Shown one piece after another: positions 38,631 to 52,997 of a stretch of 64,000 bases of DNA; positions within the stretch are counted from its first letter, which is position 1; each line of letters opens with the position of its first letter. The notes below the pieces were generated by a model, which saw only the letters and a program-made list of their open reading frames with translations, had not been told where the DNA came from and made no database searches. The position numbers and the translations under genes are program-made. Location of the stretch: positions 63,736,001 to 63,800,000 of the forward strand of contig OZ024744.1 in NCBI GenBank assembly GCA_964016885.1, given 5' to 3'. Origin of the DNA: Eledone cirrhosa. Taxonomy: Eukaryota.

Positions 38631-40231
38631 ACAAAAACTAACATTTACGTAGACTGAGACTTCCAAACCGATTGGTTAAGGCAGCTTGGTTGCGGGATAT
38701 ACCAAACATTCGAACTCACTAAAGATTAAGTCGTCAAAGCTTTGGAGAGACGATGAGAATCTGTAAGAGGGACTAACTCTGAGGAAATACAACTACTTTG
38801 GAATTGACAAGTAATTCCTAAGTATAAAAAACCTTCGTTGAGGCTCAATGGCCTCGAGGTTTAGAGGGAAAAAACTCTCAGGCGAGCTTGTCAGCAGGTT
38901 TTTAGAGAAGAAAATCCGCTCAAGCACGTATGTATACACGCGCACGCGCACACACATATTTGAATCACATACACACACACATATGTGTGATTGAAACATA
39001 CGACAAGTAAACAAGCAAAAACAAACGCACAGTGTGAACGTATTTATTTTTGTATATTCACACAGAGTTCATTCTTTGTTTCTCCCTACTTATCTCTCCC
39101 TTTTCTTTCTCTATCCCCATATCTCTCTCTCTTTCTCTCCACACACACACATATTTGTTAATTGTTTCTACTTTAGGCACAAGGCCATCAATTACCCAGT
39201 ACATTACTGGTACTTTATTTTATCGACCCCCGTAAGGAAGAAAGGCAAAGTCAACCTCGGCGGGATTTGAACTCAGATCGTAAAGGGACGTAACTATGCT
39301 GGAAAGCATGGCGTCCGACCCTCTACATTAATCTAGCTCTAAACTTACACACTCACACATTTAACTGTTTAACTTTCAATCTATCACACAGAAATGTGTG
39401 TGAACAGTAGAATCCGAAAGACTAACAATGAACTAAATGTATGTATAGTTTTCTTTTTCACTTGATTTCCTCATTTTCGTTGCTTTTATTGTATTCACAC
39501 ACATATCTTATCTCTCTCTCCCTTTTTTTTCTTTCTTTTACTCTTCCACACACCCCCACACGTACACACACGTACAAATGCATAAAGAATTTGTTATTCG
39601 TTAAGGGCTGAAACACTTGTTTGGTGAAAGGAAATCTTCCCTGAAGACCATCTGTTCTCCGGCTCTCCTGAGAATTTTTTATCACCGTTTGTGAAATTTT
39701 TGTTTTGGCGTCTGTGCCCATGGCCGATCTATTTGGCTTACAAGGATTGTTTTTAATGTGCGGCCGTCTTTACATCGTGGTTTAATTATCCAGACAAGCC
39801 GTTTCCATCAAAGGCAATAGCTACGTTAGTGTTAAAGTGAGCAGACTTATGACAAGGAAAATACTGCATGAACTCAATGGCTGATCGTTTCGTCAAGTAC
39901 GAGATTCAAATCTAGAGATGCTTAGCTCCTATTAAACCCCTGAGTACTAATATTGGTGGTCTACATGGTGAATGCACACAGTACTCGCTGTAATGTGGTT
40001 AATGATAGTAAGGGCATTAAGCCATATATAAATGGTTGAGAAGACCCTTCAGTTGTGTCAAGGACATAACAACTTCTGTGCACTCAATAGAAGGTGAAAC
40101 GTTATGCAAGCGAAATGCAGATCCCCGGCTTGTCTTGGAAGTCAGTAACCCCGCTTCAGTACTGACTTGGTCTATGTAGATCCGTCCAACCCTTGCTAGC
40201 AAGGAACGTGGACGTTAAGCAGTGATGATGA

Positions 40232-40277
<46 letters not shown>

Positions 40278-40458
40278 TAAATGAAAAAGATAAACGGAAA
40301 ATATGAAACGAAATTTCATTTCCCACTCTTAGTAAAAAGATATATATATATATAAAGAGAGAGAAAGAGACGTATATCGTATAAGAAACATGGTATATTG
40401 TATATATACCAAATACATATTTTATAGAAGAATATGTACACAGGTGGAACCATAAATG

Positions 40459-40613
40459 AAACCTTATAGTGCTATTTCATACCTGGAGAGTGTAGCTCAA
40501 AATCAATCTATGTAATCGATCATCGAAAAAAATCAATCAATATAATCAATTATCGAAGACAAACTATCGACTATGATTAAACCATATGATACATAGGTAT
40601 TCTTCAGAGGTTT
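40459..40613 (-). ncRNA. Type I hammerhead ribozyme motif, ~122-nt stem II domain
   Basis: AAACCT-CTGAAGA-ATACCT...AGGTAT-GAA-ATAG ca CTAT-A-AGGTTT; all three stems perfect. Confidence 0.85.
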
Positions 40614-41256
40614 AGTCTCACCATTCTAAGGTAAATATAGAATGGAGCTGGTAAATAAATCAATATACCTGCCAATATCCACAGCTAAATCCAGTGCGAC
40701 TGTTGTGCTGAGAAGCACATGGTGGAATCACATTAAACACGAAGCAAATAGATATCAACAAGGTGGACGATAACTCCTTATATGATACATGGCTCTTTCT
40801 CTCTATATATACATATATCCTTTTCAAAATACACCCACGTCCCACTACCCCCACCCCACCCCCATCCATTCCACCCCTTTCGATGTAAAGTTATGTTGGT
40901 ACCACAACATCCAGTCCTAAATAAATGAGGTCGTGTAGGTGTCACGACAAAAAAACACACAGTCCACACTGTAATGTGGCTGTGTAGGTAACACGGTAAA
41001 AACCTCCCAGTCCACACTGTAAACGTGGTTGGTGTTAGGAAGGGCATCCAGCCGTAGAAAACCTGCCAGACAGTCCTATACGAACGAGACGACCAATCTT
41101 GCCTCAAGTGGGACAATTCCCTTCTAAACCCATGCTAGCATGGAAGATAGACGTTAAACGTTGGTGATAATGATGATGATGAGCTTGCTTATTGAGAAAC
41201 ACAAAATTCAAAACATATTTGATGTGTTGATTTATTATTTGTGTGTGTATATATAT

Positions 41257-44200
41257 ATCATCATCATCATCATCATTTTACGTCCACTTTTCCCTGCTTG
41301 CAAGGGTGGGACGGGTCTTATTCAGCACAGCATCTCTCCACTTGTCACGGTCCTTCGTCATCTCCACCGTGAGCTTCAGCAATCTGAGGTCTGTTCTCAC
41401 CACCTCCGCCGATGTTTTTCGTGGTCTACCTCTACCACGTCTTCCTTCAACTGACATTTCCTGGCACTTCTTCACCCATCGGTCATCCTCCATGCACATC
41501 ACATGTCCATACCACCTCAGTCTCCTCTCTCGCACACTACATTCTATCCCTCTCAGACACAGTTTCTCTCTCAACACATTTATGCTGGGTCATTCACGCA
41601 CATTGACATTGCACATCCAACGGAGCATACTTGCCTCATTTCTCTCCAGCCGTCGCATATCCTCTGCAGTTGCTGCCCATGTCTCACTACCATGCAGCAT
41701 TGCGCTCCTCACACAGGCATCATATAACTGGCCTTTCGTACGCAGGGAAAAACCTTCATCAGCAGAGGAAGCAGCTCCCTAAACTTCTTCCAACCCGTCC
41801 TTATTCTAGATACTATGGCCTCGCCCCCCCCCCCCCCCCCCCCCCCCCCCACACACACACACTCCCATGCTAATCTGATCTCCTAGGTACCGGAAGCTAT
41901 CCACCACTTCTATAGCACCCGCCTGCATTTGAAAAATATGTCTATCAATACGACTTCTACTGTCTAATTTCCCTGTATATCTACTGCATACGTATTTCTC
42001 CCTACCTGTTAGTTTGGTTTGCCTGCTATCTCGCTACATCTCTTGTGTACCCAGAATCTGCATTGTATGCATTTTATAGAATTTATGCCAGTTCCTTTTC
42101 TACATATCGAACATGGCCATTTCCCTGACGGAATCAGAGTGTTGTCCTCTTTTCTACTCATCAACACTTTTGTCTTAGCTAGGTTCACTCTCACTCCTCT
42201 TGCTTCCAACTGCTGTTTCCATAGCCAGAATTTATTCTCTAGCTCCTCTACTGATTCTGCTATAAGAACCAGATCGTCAGCATAGAGAAGTTCCCATGGA
42301 CAGCCAGTCTTAAACTCCTCTGTTATGGCTTGGGGGACTATAATGAACAAGAGTGGGCTGAGGACCGAACCTTGATGTACGCCTACTTGTATCTGGAATT
42401 CCTCACTAAACTCCATTCCTACCCTGACTTTACTGACAGTACCTCTGTACAAAGTTTGCACAGTCCTCACAAGCCATTCCTCAACACCTAGTTTCCTTAG
42501 GGACCACCAGATGACAGATCGGGGTACCCTATCAAAGGCCTTCTCTAGGTCAACAAAGGCTAAGTATAGTGGCTTATTTTTCTCTAAGAACCTCTCTTGT
42601 AATTGTCTCACCAAGAAGAGGGCATCTGTTGTACTCTTGCCAGGCACAAAACCAAACTGCATCTCATCTAGTTTGACCCTTTCTCTAATTAGTTGTGCTA
42701 ATATCCTTTCTGCCACTTTTATAACCTGATCCATCAGTTTTATACCCCTATAATTGCTCCTCTCCAGAGCATCCCCTTTACCTTTGTAGCAATTTATGAG
42801 AATACTGCTGCACCAGTCTTTGGGTATGACACCACCATATATAGCCTGATTGATGATGCATGCAACCAGTTTAATGCCTACGTCCCCTGATGCCTTCAGC
42901 ATCTCAGCAACTATCCCCCGACGGTCCAGCAGCCTTACCATTTTTCATTTCGTTAATCGCTTCTTGGACCCTATATTCATCAATCTCAATAGCTTGTCCC
43001 TCTGTCGGATCTACTGAGGGTAATTTCTCTCTCTCCCATTCGTTCTCCACATTCATCAGTCTCTCATAATGACATTTTCAGGCCTCCTTTTTCTGATCAT
43101 TCGTGACACTAAGTACACTGGCATCATTCCGGACACATTTATCTCCAACAACATCCTGATTTGCATTGACACACTGCCTTGCAATGTGGAACACCGCATG
43201 CCTCTGATCTTTCCGTCGCAGAACATTGGCAAACCTCCTACTCTCTGCCTCCCTGCATGCTAAGTACACCTGACGTCTAGCTTCTCTCTTAGTGGCTGTA
43301 TATTCTTCCCTACTCCCACCCTTTTTCCAAGCCTTCCATGCTAGTCTTTTATCTCTAATGGCTTTATCTACTGTGCTGTTCCACCACCAGGTCACTCTCT
43401 GTCTGGTTGGAGCTCTGCTCCAGTTACAAGCTTCATCAGTAGCCTGCAGTAAGTTGTCACATAAGAAATTCCAGTTATTATCTATGTCATACGTCTCTAA
43501 ATCGTCTTCTTTTTCGTCATACACATCTTGAAGGGCTTTCCTAAATTTGTATTTTAGTGAAAGGTCTTTTAGCTTCCAGACCTTTCTTCTCCACACTTTC
43601 CTGTATGTCTCATTCCATCTCTTGCTTACTGAGATATCACTAACGACTCACCTATGCTGTGGGGTACATTCTTCCCCAGAGTATGCCTTGGTATTAGACA
43701 CCATCTTCTGCCTGTCCCGCTGCCTAACTAGTAAGAAGTTAATCTGGCTTATGTACTCGCCTGATTTGTAGGTTATTAGGTGGTTGGCAGGTGTCTGGAA
43801 GTTAATGTTGCAAATAGTCAGTGTACTTGCATCACAAAATTCAAGAAGTCTCACTCCTTCTTCATTTCTTGAGCTGTAACCGTGCCCACCATGTACCCCA
43901 GTGTAACCATCCTGGACCTGTCCAACATGACCATTGATGTCCCCTGCTAGCATAACGATGTCTCCGTCCTCTGTCATTGCGGTTGTTTCTAAAAGTTGCT
44001 CGTAAAAGCAGTCTTTCTCTTCTTTGCCTAGGCCTGCTTGGGGAGCATAGGCAGAGATGATTGTCAGTAGTCTCCTGCCTACAACTAATCTAATCTTAAT
44101 TATTCGATTACTAACTCAAACTACCTCTATTGTCTTATTGATCCATCTCTCAGCCAGGAAAATGCCTACTCCCCCTAACCCATCATCCTTACCTACCCAG

Positions 44201-44560
44201 AAAAGCTTATAGCTAAGATGTTTGCCTGCGACTAGTCTCGCAGAGGCAACTCTCCATCTCACCTCTTGCATGCAGCACACATCCATATGCCTTCTCTTCA
44301 GCATCTCCGCTATTTCAGCAGATCTACCTCTGAGAGTGCCAACATTAAGTGTTGCAACTCTGAGATGTGACGTCTTCATATTTTGTTGTTCCTATCTATT
44401 TGTTGCTGTGCTTATAATCGTTTTGGCATTGATACACTGGTTGGATGCCCTTCCTAACACCAGCGCCACTTTACAGCATGGACTGGGTGCTTTATTTGTG
44501 CCACCTGAACTAGAGAGGATGTCTTACTGGACTCATGGGCCCTCTCTAACCCTCCATTTT
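41257..44560 (-). mobile_element. Near full-length RTE LINE (APE, RT, PHD-like finger), inactivated
   Basis: APE: RVATLNVGTL, MQEVRW, GDINGHVG; RT: YKGKGD..NYRGIKL, QFGFVPG, FVDLEKAFDRV, YADD; broken into several ORFs; closely similar to the 9476-10765 copy. Confidence 0.95.
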
Positions 44561-46424
44561 ACAGCATGGTCATAAAAAAAAAAACACTTATTGACACTCA
44601 CGGCTCACACACTCACTCACACACCAACACTCATGCATACAAACACACACGCCACTCACACACCAACACTCATGCATAAAAATACACATGTCACTTACAC
44701 ACCAACACTCATGTATACAAACACACACACCACTCTCACAAACACACACATATATATATTACTGTCAGTACTGATACAAAATCAAAATCATGTCAACTGT
44801 TGACTTTTCCAGTTCAGTTTTATATAATAATAATTGTTTGCTTTACAGCATAGAGCAACGGCTCTCCACTCTCCGGACCCAAAAAACAAGGTACCAGCAA
44901 TACGCTGGGACAGTCGCTGCCCCATGCCAAGAACAGAATAGTTATTTAGTATTCAGTAATGTACTGGGTAATTGCTGGCCTTGTGCCAAAAGTAGAAACA
45001 ATTTTTATAGTTGTTTTTAAGGCCTGATCGCTGGTAATGGTGGTGGTGGTGGATGGTGTCAGTGATGGTGGTGATGGTAGTGGTGGCGGTGAAAGTGGTG
45101 GATGGTGTCAGTGATGGTGGTGGTGGATGGTGTCATTGATGGTGGTGATGGTGGTGGTGGTAGATGGTGCCAGTGATGGTGGTGGTGGTGGTGGTGGATG
45201 GTGTCAGTGATGGTGGTGGATGGTGGCAGTTGTTGTTGTCGTTGTTGTTGTTGTTGCTGCTGCTGCCATTGTTGTTGTTCATTTCACTGATGCTGCTGCT
45301 GCAGACAATGGTGTTGTTGCTGTTGTTGTAGTCGCTGGGTTGAAATTTTGAAATTTGTTCGCTTCGCGTGTGTGATATATACACATACACACACATATAT
45401 ATATATATACATACACACACATTCAACACAGACAATGGTGTTGTTGCTGTTGTTGTTGTAGTTGTTGTTGCTATGCTGAAATCTGGTCGCATCCACTGAG
45501 ATATATATATATATATATATAGATACATATATACACACACATACATATATATATATATACACACACATTCAACAAAGGAGTTAGGAGTTTGTCAACAGGT
45601 CTTAGTGTAGATAGGGTAATGACTTATAGGTTATATATATATATATATCGAGTACTCTGGTGAGTAATGGTCTAACTGGTTTTTACCGCTTCTATTCTAC
45701 GCAGAAGAACGGACGTAAAACGGTGATGATGATGATGATATATATATATATATATATATATATATCATCATCATCACTGTTTTATGTCCGTTCTTCCACG
45801 CTAGCATGGGTTAGACGGGTTGTCCTGTTGTGGGTAGTGTCCGGTCGGCTGACCTTGTCTTGCTCATACATATATATATATATATATATATAGCCCACAC
45901 AGATAAGTGGTCGTGTAGGTGTCATGGCAAAAGCGCCAAGTCCACGCTGTAAATGAGGTTGGCGTTAAGAAGGGCATCCAGCTGTAGAAACGAAGCCATA
46001 ATTGGTTCTGTATAAGCATAACATGGCCACCTGACCTAGCATTACTCACAACAGGAAAAATGGATGTTAAAACGGTGATGATGACACACACACACACATA
46101 TATATATATGTGTGTGTGTGTGCGTATATATATATATATATATCATCATCATCACCGTTTTTACGTCCATTCTTCCATGCTAGCATGGGTTAGATGGGTA
46201 GTCCTGTTGTGGGCAGTCCCTATCATTTCATTTCTACAGCTGAGTAAACTGGAGCAATGTGAAATAAAGTGTCTTGCTCAAGGAAACAACACATCACCCG
46301 GTCTGAGAATTGAACTCACAACCTTTCGATTGCAAGGCCAATGCTCTAACGACTAACCTATGTGCCTCCATTTGTGCCTCCATATATATATGTGTATATA
46401 TATATATATATACATATTTATATG

Positions 46425-46478
<54 letters not shown>

Positions 46479-46648
46479 GAGAGAGAAGGACAACGGGAAG
46501 AAGAAAGAAAAGCAAAGAGTGAGGGAAAGACAGGTAAAGTGTCTGGAACAATTAAGTCGTAAGAATTATGAGAGAGAGAGAGTGGGGGTCACAGAATGAT
46601 ATGATCAGAAAGTTGTTATGATTTTATCACGGAGATACAAATGCATTT

Positions 46649-46683
<35 letters not shown>

Positions 46684-47474
46684 CACCATTCTTCCTGTTG
46701 TATTTTGGTGCCACCAAAACACTGTCCAATGTTGAACCGGCTGTTGCCTTAATAATATTGGCTTTGTGCAAGCATGAAAATCAATGTGCAACACCATGTT
46801 AATTAACATAACAATAATATCAGTTATTATTTATGATATTGAGGGCGGTGGATTGGCAGTATCGGTAGAGGGTCGGACGCCATGCTTTCCAGCATAGTTA
46901 CGTCCCTTTACGATCTGAGTTCAAATCCCGCCGAGGTTGACTTTGCTTTTCATCCTTACGGGGTCGATAAAATAAAGTACCAGTAATGTACTGGGTAATT
47001 GCTGGCCTTGTGCCTAAAGTAGAAACAATTATTTATGATATTGAAAGTAAACTATAATAAACCTAAGCAAATAACAGAGAGTATAGTAGTAAAGTTAACA
47101 TGAAACATTGTAGAATATGATAAGAACTTCAGAAAATCTATATGATGTGGATAGAAATTGCAGAGTTTGGGAATGAGGGTGGTCTGCATTTGGTTTGCCG
47201 AATTTTGAGAGTGGGTTGCAGGTTGGTTTAGCAGGAGTCATAAGTACAGGTTTGTCTTTAGTTTAGAGTATTTGTTAAATGTTTTGTGGACTGATTGGAG
47301 CGATTATGGTCTTATATATATATATATATAAGACCATAATTGAGGATCTGCTAAGGTGAAACAATTGTTCTCGGTATGGTGAACTAACTGTTGTGTAACC
47401 ACTTATATCATCATCATCATCATCATCATCATCTTCGTTTAACGTCCATTTTCCACGCTAGCATGGGTTATATA

Positions 47475-47506
<32 letters not shown>

Positions 47507-47964
47507 AATTGTTTCTACTTTAGGCACAAGGCCAGCAATTGTACAGTTCTATCACATTTTTTCTTTATTTTAGCAAACTTTGTTATTTAATGAAAAAAAA
47601 AAAAATCCAGAAAGACATTTAACCCTTTTATTACTGTATATCTAATGACAGACACTAACTATGGTTTTCAAATTATTTTGAAAATAATCGATTTACAGAG
47701 ATTTAATAATTGTTTCTACTTTAGGCACAAGGCCAGCAAATACCCAGTGCATTACTGGTACTTTATTTTATCGACCCCATAAGGATGAAAGGCAAAGTCA
47801 ACCTCGGCGGGATTTGAACTCAGATCGTAAAGGGACATAACTATGCTGGAAAGCATGGCGTCCGACCTTCTACCGATACTGCCAATCCACCACCCTAATA
47901 ATAATAATAATAATAATAATAATGATAAACAAGAAAGATGGTTTCATTTGTACATCCCTATTTA

Positions 47965-48036
47965 TTTTGTTATACGTATTTCAAAGACATATGGCAGTTG
48001 TATAACAGCTGCGCTACATGTTCTCTTCAGACAAAA
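47965..48036 (-). ncRNA. Type I hammerhead ribozyme motif
   Basis: TTTTGT-CTGAAGA-ga ACATGT..GCAG.TG ttata CA.CTGC..ATATGT cttt-GAA-ATACGTAT-A-ACAAAA; palindromic stem III. Confidence 0.8.
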
Positions 48037-48189
48037 ATCCAAAGGAGATGTAAATAGCCACTGTTATGTTCCGGTCATATGTGTTATTCCCTTCACCAAC
48101 CAGTAAGAATATGTCTGAAATTTTCAAGAAGCAGTTCTTATACCGGGAAAAAAAAATTGTTTTGTTTGTCATCCTTCACCCCAATTCCA

Positions 48190-48240
<51 letters not shown>

Positions 48241-50847
48241 ATGTGTATATATAAAGGTGGTATTGAGGTAAAGGATGACAAACAAAAGAAATTTTTTTTT
48301 TTTTACCCAATATAAAAAGGTGCAGGGCTATCAAAATTGATGAAAGCTATGGAGTAGGGAGACCCAGAAAGACCTGGGACGAGGTGATGAAAGCTGACCT
48401 TGTACACAGGATCGAGATCTTTGGCTCTATGCAGTAATACAGAAAACCCTGCCTTCCCTTACACACGGACTCAAACATTCACCAAGTAGGCACCTCTTAA
48501 TCCACTACACTCCCTTCCATACACCCCTCACACCACCTTTTTACTCTGTAAAGTTATGTTTGTTTCACAAAAACACCCATCCTACACTGTAAAGTGGTCA
48601 TGTAGGTCAGCATCATCATTTTATGTCCGCTTTTCCCTGCTTGCAAGGGTGGGACGGGTCCCATTTAGCATCTCTCCACTTGTCACTGTGAAGTGGTTGT
48701 GTAGGTATCATGACTAAAAGCACCCAGCACACAATGTAAAATGGTAGGCATTAGGAAGGGGATCCAACCGTAGAAATCTAGCCAGAAACAGTCCTATTTG
48801 AGCAAGACATGGTCACCTGACTCAACTTGCCTTGAATGGGACAAACCTGTCTCCCCCATGCTAGCATGGTAAGTGGACATTAAACGATGATGATGATGAT
48901 GTCTTTCATCATAATATTCCAAGGTAAAAACCTTCTTTTCAAATGAAAATGAAAAGTGATGCGCCCTCCTTTGATGATTCTTTCCTATGTTATGTGTGTA
49001 GATTGTGCATGTGGAGCAGTCATAAAAGCCTCTTCCATGTAGCTCTCTCTGTTCTACAGAATATAGCATTAATTGAGACGATACACTAATAAGAGGAAAG
49101 TTGAACAAATATTTTCTTTTCTACAATAAAAGTTATGATTCAAAGTATGAGGGACATTTAATGACATCTGTACTTCTATGGCTTCAGCAAATTTCCTTTG
49201 GTTGTTAATGTTGTGGAGATTGTATTATTAAGTTCAAATCCCACTGAGGTTAACTTTGCCTTTCATCCTTACGGGGTCGATGAAATAAAGTACTAGTAAT
49301 GCACTGGGTTTGATTTAATCCCGTTGTGCCAAAAGTAGAAACAGTTATTAAGTATTATTAAGAGTGGTGGATTGGCAGTATTAGTAATAGAGTATCAGAC
49401 ACCATGCTTTGCAGCATAGAGTTATGGCCCTTTACGTCCTGAGTTCAAATCACGCTGAGGTTAGCTTTGCCTTTCATCTTTACGGGGTCAATTCAATAAA
49501 GTACCAGTATTGTACTTGGGTAATCGCTGGCCTTGTGCCTAAAGTAGAAGCAATTATTAAGTGTTTCAGAGAGTGGTGGATTGGCAGTATTGGTAAAGCA
49601 TTGTCTTTCTTGAGAGGATGAGTGCCTCAGTTTTCAGAGCACTGATTTTCATTCTTGCTATGCAGCACTCAGCAGCAAACCTATGTACTGCATGTCAGAG
49701 ATTACCTTCTGACAAGTTTGTTGTACCGTGTCTTCTGCAAATTCCAGCTGACTGATCCTATATCTGCCAGTCTTGATACCTCTTCCGATCCAGCCACACA
49801 TGTCAATCCTTTTTATGAAGATTATGAACAGGAGAGGTTATAGTACACACCCTTGGTGGAGTCTGACACCCGCATCAAATAGGTTTGACTTCACACTATT
49901 TATCTATACACAAATACTCACAAAGTTGACAAAATAAAGTAGCGGTTAAGTACTAAAGTTGATATAATTGATTTTCCCCCTTATACCAAATTGTTGGCCT
50001 TGTGACATTGTTAGAAAAAATTATTAGGTCTTCCAGTAGGCGAAAACTTTTGCAACACTAGGCATTGAAGAATTATGTGGAGTCCCTTTGAGGTTATTGC
50101 TCTTGTTGAGATGATCTTTATTATCCATAGCAGGAGCAAAGCAGATGTGAATTTTAGATTTTGTAGTTCTATTATTACTACTTAAATTGTTTTCATAATG
50201 TTGTCTTAACCCTTTAGTATTTAAACCGGCCATATCTGGTCAGAATTCTCTCACCTCTTTCTGTTCAAACCAGCTATAACCGGCCACTTATACTGATGTT
50301 AAGGTATTGTTCTCAAGCTGTTGTTCTCAAGCTGTTGTTCTCAACCTGTTGTAGCTCTTGAGACAAATTGATGGAAAATGGTTGCTCTTATGGATCACAT
50401 TTATTATCATTGCTACTAAGTGGTAGTAGCTTAGTAGACTCTTAACTATTCAATAGATATGAGCTGGGTGTCACCTATTCTATTCCTAATCCGGGCAGTG
50501 TTGTATTCTGCCTTTACCTGAAACTTTATGGAATTATTCTTAAAGGTCAAGGTTTCTTCTATTTTAAATAATAAATTAACTGCACCTACCAAATAATTTT
50601 TCAGTAGTGGATTTTCTGACTCCATCTTAAGCAATATGATTGTTCAGCAAAATGTGCTGTAAATAATTATGAAAATGAGTCACCATTTGGTTAAAACCTA
50701 ACAATGAATGTCTAATAGATTGATCTCCCCTTTCTGCTAAACTGTTTGATCATGACTTCTATGTTGGAGTTTTCCATTAAGATTTTTCAAAAGCATGTAA
50801 TTGTGTTCCCTCTCTTTTTTGTTGTTGTTTTTGCTGCTGTTGGTGTG

Positions 50848-51733
50848 ATAGCAGCCGTTGGTCGTACTACTAACACAGTCTCATCCTTTTTCAGCCAATC
50901 ATGTATATCCCCTTCTGCCTCGTCTACCTTAACAATGATTATAGCACCTCCTTGTACACAATGTTCCTTGTTCTTCCGTGGCGGGCATATGCAAAGACAT
51001 TTGTCTTGCTTCCCACTCTTGAGCAGCCAACGTATAGTTGCCCGTGTCTAATTTATTCCTAGTTGGTAATTGGTAAAGAAAATAAAAAATTTTCCGCTTA
51101 TCGTCAACATACGTGATTTTATCATAGGTGTGGGGATATTTTGGCGGGGGTTTTCTAATAAGATCCACTATTTCTATCTACTGGGGCTAATGTCTTCGGA
51201 TATGTTATAAAAAAATTAGTAACTGACACTTACCGATTGAAAAATAAGCCAACCGTCGGAATGGTAATCTCAAGTGTAATTGTTAACCTGGGCTGGCTTG
51301 CCTCACTTATATTATATATTAAAATAACAGATTAAAGTTTAAGCAAAGAATCGCTGCTTTCACTCTTAACGGGATCTGAAACTAAAAAAATCAATCTGTG
51401 AACGCAGAAGTAAATATTTCGAAAAACGTTGCAACTGAAGGAAAACAGGAAGACGATACTTTGGTTCATGAAGAATGTTTGTCATAATGTCGTAATGCAG
51501 ACAGCCAGATGTGCAGAGAGATATAAGGGCGCGACGGAGATCGATATCCGGTGCCTAACACCCCTTTAACAACAGAACATTGAAAAATAAAAGCTGCAGT
51601 TAATATCTTTAGACCGCAAGGAATATATAAATGCAAGTTTGAAGTCAATCGGAGTAGAAATGTGGATTTGTATAGACTTTGCAAAAATTAGGACACACAC
51701 ACAGACAATTTCAGTTTTATATATATGTATAGA
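50848..51733 (-). mobile_element. Internally deleted Helitron retaining the helicase C-terminus
   Basis: 5' TC terminus and ~370 bp shared with 36334-37525; HGQLYVGCSRVGSKTNVFAYARHGRTRNIVYKEVL* at 50939-51046; 3' end degenerate. Confidence 0.75.
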
Positions 51734-52997
51734 TAGTAAAATAAAAAGATATAATATTTATTTATACATAGTATATATTATATTATTTGGCAGTATCGGT
51801 AGAGGGTCGGACGCCATGCTTTGACGCATAGAGTTACGGCTCTTGCCATTCTGAGTTCAAATCCCGCTGAGGTTAACTTTGCCTTTCATCCTTATGGGGT
51901 CGATAAAATAAAGTACCAGTAATGCACTGGGATAATTGCTGGCCTTGTGCCAAAGGTAGAAACAATTACGATTATATTTATTTATTATTTACAATTTGTG
52001 TGTAGGCAGGTCTTTCTGGAATCAGAGGTGGGGGGGCTCTGAGGGTATTATGGAGGCATATGGGCCGGGGGGGGGGGGTTGAGAACCTCTGGTTTAACTC
52101 ATAGAAATACTTCAATTAACAACTACCTAAGGGCTTTCTAAATTATGCAAAATCTTTTTAATAAGTAAAAATCAAACTTTAAACTAACATTAATATGTAT
52201 AAAAAAGATAATTTAAAAAAAAAATTTCATTCAAACCATTATAAAAATCCAATAGAATTTGATATTCAAAGATTTTAAAAATTATATTGAACATGTGCAT
52301 TGTTATGCACATGTTTTTGATGTAAATGAACAAAATAATTTCAAAATGATTTTTTGTCAATATCAATTGAAGACTCTATGCAGATTTTAACATTTTTTTA
52401 CCTTATTTGAGTTCATTTAATATCTGTAGGGTGTGTAATTTGAGAAAGATTTAGCTATTACTTCTAGTGATTCAAATTACCACAAACAGACACCTTGCTT
52501 TGATGATCATTTCGTTGATGTTAGCCCTAGTTCAGCTCAAGTTGAGCAAACATTGTATCAGAGACATTCCAACCGTGATCATCCCATCTGTTTGTATATA
52601 AAATACAGGTTTATATTGGATAGTGTATCACTTTATTTCTGTTTTTTGTTGTTGTTTAAGAAGAAATGGTGTCATTCGAGGGAATCTAGCTGTTATTTTT
52701 GGCAAGTTTGTTGTTCAAGAAAAAATGGTGGGATTTGAGGGAATCTAGCTCTTAGTTTTAGCAAGTTTGTTGTTTAAGAAGAAATGGTGTAATTCGGGGC
52801 AATCTAGCTGTTATTTCTAGCAATTTTGTTGTTTAAGAAGAAATGGTGTGATTTGGGGGAATCTAGCTGTTATTTCTGGCAAGTTAACCAACCATGTAAA
52901 AGTTCCTTGGTCATTCTGTTAATCCCATTGTATATGTCTGTTTTTTTGTACGTTCAATCTTACGTGTGTGTTTGTGTGAATAGTGTTTTATATTGTG

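Noticed and set aside
46841-47031. SINE heads as tRNA genes
   Set aside because: A/B boxes present but no full cloverleaf; multi-copy with a shared non-tRNA body
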